Below, piece by piece: positions 59,934 to 64,000 of a stretch of 64,000 bases of DNA (within the stretch, counting starts at the first letter, position 1; every line of letters starts with the position of its first letter). The notes under the pieces are model-generated. The model was not told the DNA's origin, searched no databases, and worked only from the letters and a program-made list of their open reading frames with translations. Source of the DNA: Macrostomum hystrix (Eukaryota > Animalia > Platyhelminthes). The stretch spans positions 8,246,001-8,310,000 of the forward strand of contig CATNEN010000029.1 of NCBI GenBank assembly GCA_950097015.1. The letters are read 5' to 3'. Position numbers and translations under genes: made by a program.

Positions 59934-62900
59934 TTAGTCGCTCTCGCGCAACACGCGGCGCAAGATTTTGCCTGACGGATTACGCGGTATGGCCGAAACG
60001 AATCTAACGCCGCCCTCCAGCCGTTTATAGTCGGCGGCATTCTTGGCCACAAAGTCGGCCACCTGGCGCTCTGTGAGCTTCGGGTCCGAGTCTGACCGGC
60101 GGACAATGTAAGCGCGCGGCGCTTCGCCCAGACGATCGTGCGGCACGCCGATAACACCGGCGTCTGCGACGCCCGGGCAGGCCAGGAGCAGGGCTTCCAG
60201 CTCTGCGATGGATAGGGAAAACTAAGGATATAAGTATTGGTGGGCTACTATAAGTAGGATAATATGATTTTTTTATAGCAAACAGCTGTTGAGGGTAATT
60301 ACTGAAAAACCCTGTGATGGGTCACACCAAAAACGGAACCGGAGGGCCAATGACCCATCACAGAGTTGGGATAATACTAATGACCGATCATAGAGTTGGG
60401 ATAATACTAATGACCGATCATAGAGTTGGGATAATACTAATGACCGATCATAGAGTTGGGATAATACTAATGACCCATAATAGAGTTGGGATAATACGCT
60501 CGTACTAATGACCCATCATAGAGATGGGATAATACTAATGACCGATCATAGAGATGGGATAATACTAATGACCGATCACAGAGTTGGGATAATACTAATG
60601 ACCGATCATAGAGTTGGGGCAATACTAATGACCGATCATAGAGTTTGGATAATACTAATGACCGATCATAGAGTTGGGGCAATACTAATGACTGATCATA
60701 GAGTTTGGATAATACTAATGACCGATCATAGAGTTGGGGTAATACTAATGACCGATCATAGAGTTGGGGTAATACTAATGACCTATCATAGAGTTGGGAC
60801 AACATTAATCTGATTATAGAGCTGGGGATAAGATCATACAAGCATATAACTCGGAAAGTTCAATGACTGATCATAAAACTCGTCAGGAGTCAATGACTGA
60901 TCATAAAACTCGTCAGGAGTCAATGACTGATCATAAAACTCGTCAGGAGTCAATGACTGATCATAAAACTCGTCAGGAGTCAATGACTGATCATAAAACT
61001 CGTCAGGAGTCAATGACTGATCATAAAACTCGTCAGGAGTCAATGACTGATCATAAAACTCGTCAGGAGTCAATGACTGATCATAAAACTCGTCAGGAGT
61101 CAATGACTGATCATAAAACTCGTCAGGAGTCAATGACTGATCATAAAACTCGTCAGGAGTCAATGACTGATCATAAAACTCGTCAGGAGTCAATGACTGA
61201 TCATAAAACTCGTCAGGAGTCAATGACTGATCATAAAACTCGTCAGGAGTCAATGACTGATCATAAAACTCGTCAGGAGTCAATGACTGATCATAAAACT
61301 CGTCAGGAGTCAATGACTGATCATAAAACTCGTCAGGAGTCAATGACTGATCATAAAACTCGTCAGGAGTCAATGACTGATCATAAAACTCGTAAGGAGT
61401 CAAAGAGTGATCATACAACTCGTCAGGAGTCAATGAACGATCATAGATCTATTGAGTCAATGACCGATCATAGATCTAATGAGTCAATGACCGATCATAG
61501 ATCTAATGAGTCAATGACCGATCAAATAGCAATGACCCATTCCCGCCATAGCTCTCACCAGCCGGCGCCACCTGGAAGGCCTTGACCTTGATGAACTCCT
61601 TCAGCCGGTCTGTAATAAAGAATTGACCGTACTTATCGTACCAGCCGACATCTCCGGTGTGATACCAGCCATCCTTCACCGACTCAAGCGTCGCGTGCTC
61701 ATTCTTATAATAGCCCAGCATGCGATGCGGCCCAGTGACAACTATTTCGCCGCTTTGATTTGGTCCCAGATCTTCGCCAGTGACAGTAGACACAAGGCGG
61801 GTTCGCTGCAACGACACTGGCACACCGACGGAGCCCATGTGATCCGATCCCGCCAGCCGACGCTCCAGGGGTGGCACCACGTGGGTTAGCGGCGACATCT
61901 CCGTGCCACCGTAGGCTTGGATAACGTCCACAGTTGGATTCCATCTGGGATTAGAGTCACCTAAATTGTTATAGCATGGTCACTGCTGGCGATTGTTACA
62001 GCAGGAAATTGTCCCAACAGGCAATCGTCACTACAGGCAATTGTCCCAACAGGAAATTGTAGTGAGTCGCTAGTTACTAGGCTTAGCATCTAGCTCCCTC
62101 TCATTGACTAGCTAGTCATCGCCGCTGTGTGGTTTAGTTTAGTCTCCCTTAAAAGTTTAGTTAATGAGTTGGTTACAGTATAAAACTTTGGCCGGTATTT
62201 CCACGGTTTTTCCACGGCAGTTTTGGCACGCCCACGGTAATTCCGCCTGCCTAAATCTTTCCAGCCAATGAGAGCGCTAGAAAGGCCTCCGTCAATGGCA
62301 GAGTTGGAAGGGATCCAAACCGTATATAAATACGAGCCACACTAGAGCCCAAAAATAAGAGCGCGTCGCGAGCACCGGCCGCGGAGTCTAAGTCTTAAGT
62401 TAGGGGTTTGGACAAGCAATACCTTACCTTACGCTTGGATAAGTGCGGCCAGCATCAATTAGGACTAGAAGAAATTTGGATAAGAGCGTCTTTGTATTAG
62501 ATAGTAGGCAGCGAGAGAACTCTTGGATAAGGGACCAACTCTTGTCATTAGCTGATTAGGTAATTAGGTTGCTGGGATTTCTTTTGGATAGGAGTCATAC
62601 GCAGACGTGCAGGTGATCTCGTGAATTCGAGACCTGCTGTTGGTACAGTAGTGAGATATCTCTTGGCCGAAAGATTAATCCTGTCAGGGACCTATTAGGG
62701 ATTGACCGCCGTCTCCTCCGTTCAGCAGCGTCCGTGTTTAGCGTGGATATTGTCCACAGACATTGTCTCCCAGTCTCGTACCTCAGGTGTTTATTTCAGA
62801 AGCTAACCAACATGTTTAATTACAAATACTCGTAATTCTTCTCACGATATTTTAAATGATTAAAAAGTAAGGAAACAACAATAGCTCACCTTTGAGCCAA

Positions 62901-63849
62901 TCGATCGCGCAGTCGCCTCTGTACATCGGCTCCCAGTGGCGCAGCAGCGGATAATACAAGTCGCACCGAACTAAGATTGGCACGTTCAGTCAGCGAATGC
63001 TGCAGTAGGAACAGCACTAAAGGTGGCACCAGGGCCATCTGGGTAATCCTGTGACGCTCAATAGAATTCAGCATTAATTCCGGATCAAACTGGGGCAATA
63101 GGACTGTGGTGTAGCCCAGAGCCAGGCTCATACTGACAATGGTAAAGCCGGATATGTGAAAGCAGGGCAGCAGGCCAAGGGAAACTTCAGTCAATTCGGG
63201 AAATCCTGCAGTAGCAGCCAGCTGTAGGGGATTGCAGTTCAGGCTGGCGTGGCTCAGCGCTACGCCTTTAGGCAGGCCGGTAGTGCCGCTGCTGAATGGA
63301 ATGGCCGCCACGCTGTGAGCATCGCAGGCTGAGGGAGTGATCAGGTGAGCAACTTGATAGCTTAAAGTTTGCAGGACACTGAATCGCGTGCTGGCCGGGC
63401 CGCTATTGGCTCTGACCCTCACGCGAATGTGATTGGTCGGGGACCGGTGGGGCCAGAAGCTCCGCTCTGTACTCTCTAGGGGGGCAGCCCCACCAATAGT
63501 CTTTGTTCATCTTTCGCGTTGTCAATAGCAACGACTAGGTACGCTTTCTAAGCTCAATCTTGAACAAGGCGAAGAATAAGCCAATATGTTAGTTTTTCAC
63601 TGCACACAAAAACTTACGAACATCAAACGATTGAAAAGCAGCTCCCGAATCGGTTGTCAATCGGTTAAACGACAGAATTCGACCACTGCCTCCTCCAGCG
63701 CCTTCGCCGTCAACAACAAAGACTGTGCGCAGATCTGGAAGATTATCATCGCCAGCGGCTTGAATCAGTTGTGACAGTCGGGCAGCGCCAACAACAGCCA
63801 TTGTGGCGCCAGTGAGCTTCAAGTGGTAGGCCAGCTCTCGGGGCGTGAA
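59934..63849 (-). CDS. 4-coumarate-CoA ligase / luciferase-like acyl-CoA synthetase, 5'-incomplete; exons 63849-63618, 63328-62890, 61944-61559, 60202-59934
   Basis: AMP-binding motif PFSSGTTGLPKGV; also LPCFHISG, QAYGGTE, GWYHTGDVG, DRLKEFIKVKAFQVAPAELE and PRNPSGKILRR. Intron phases 1, 2 and 1 are consistent. The start of the 5'-most exon is less certain. Confidence 0.9.
60345..61520. repeat. Three adjacent related minisatellites (30 bp, 30 bp, 27 bp) in the last intron of the ligase gene
   Basis: Units AATGACCGATCATAGAGTTGGGATAATACT (60345-60800), CAATGACTGATCATAAAACTCGTCAGGAGT (60862-61420) and ATGACCGATCATAGATCTAATGAGTCA (61430-61520). Confidence 0.95.
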
Positions 63850-64000
63850 CTGATTGAGTACCAGACGATAATAACCGGTAAATTTTGGGACTTGACTAAA
63901 ATCTCGTCTGCAGAATTCCACCAGAATCAGGAAATCTGAACTCCTAAAATCATAACCCCGAAGCGATTACTTCCCAAAAACCCAGACACATTTTATATCA

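Overview
This is eukaryotic (animal) genomic DNA, not prokaryotic. It has GT-AG spliced genes with GC-rich exons in AT-rich DNA. By hand tally, about 24-25 kb (~38%) is minisatellite, in roughly 26 arrays. The composition suggests a free-living flatworm such as Macrostomum (inference only). Reconstructed genes: MFSD5 (5 exons, +), a class A neuropeptide-type GPCR (2 exons, +), two paralogous innexins with identical exon structure (-), intronless AP-2 sigma (-), a TFAM-like HMG-box gene (-) and the 3' part of a 4-coumarate-CoA-ligase/luciferase-like acyl-CoA synthetase (-). Mobile DNA: the 5' end of a Gypsy-type LTR retrotransposon (LTR, tRNA-Arg PBS, gag), a hAT MITE with an 8-bp TSD that carries a minisatellite, six copies of a tRNA-derived SINE and a CAGTAGA-ended MITE family. 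Most long ORFs in the supplied track are artefacts of tandem repeats. There is no CRISPR array. Best leads: (1) the TFAM-like gene has no genomic ATG where one is needed, and a flatworm spliced-leader AUG would complete its mitochondrial targeting peptide in frame; (2) an antisense 28S rRNA look-alike sits in an MFSD5 intron and diverges over the R2/I-PpoI target core; (3) inverted minisatellite arrays bracket GPCR exon 2; (4) a hAT MITE acts as a minisatellite vehicle; (5) both innexins carry an N-glycosylation sequon at the same extracellular position. All coordinates were read by hand, and repeat boundaries are approximate.
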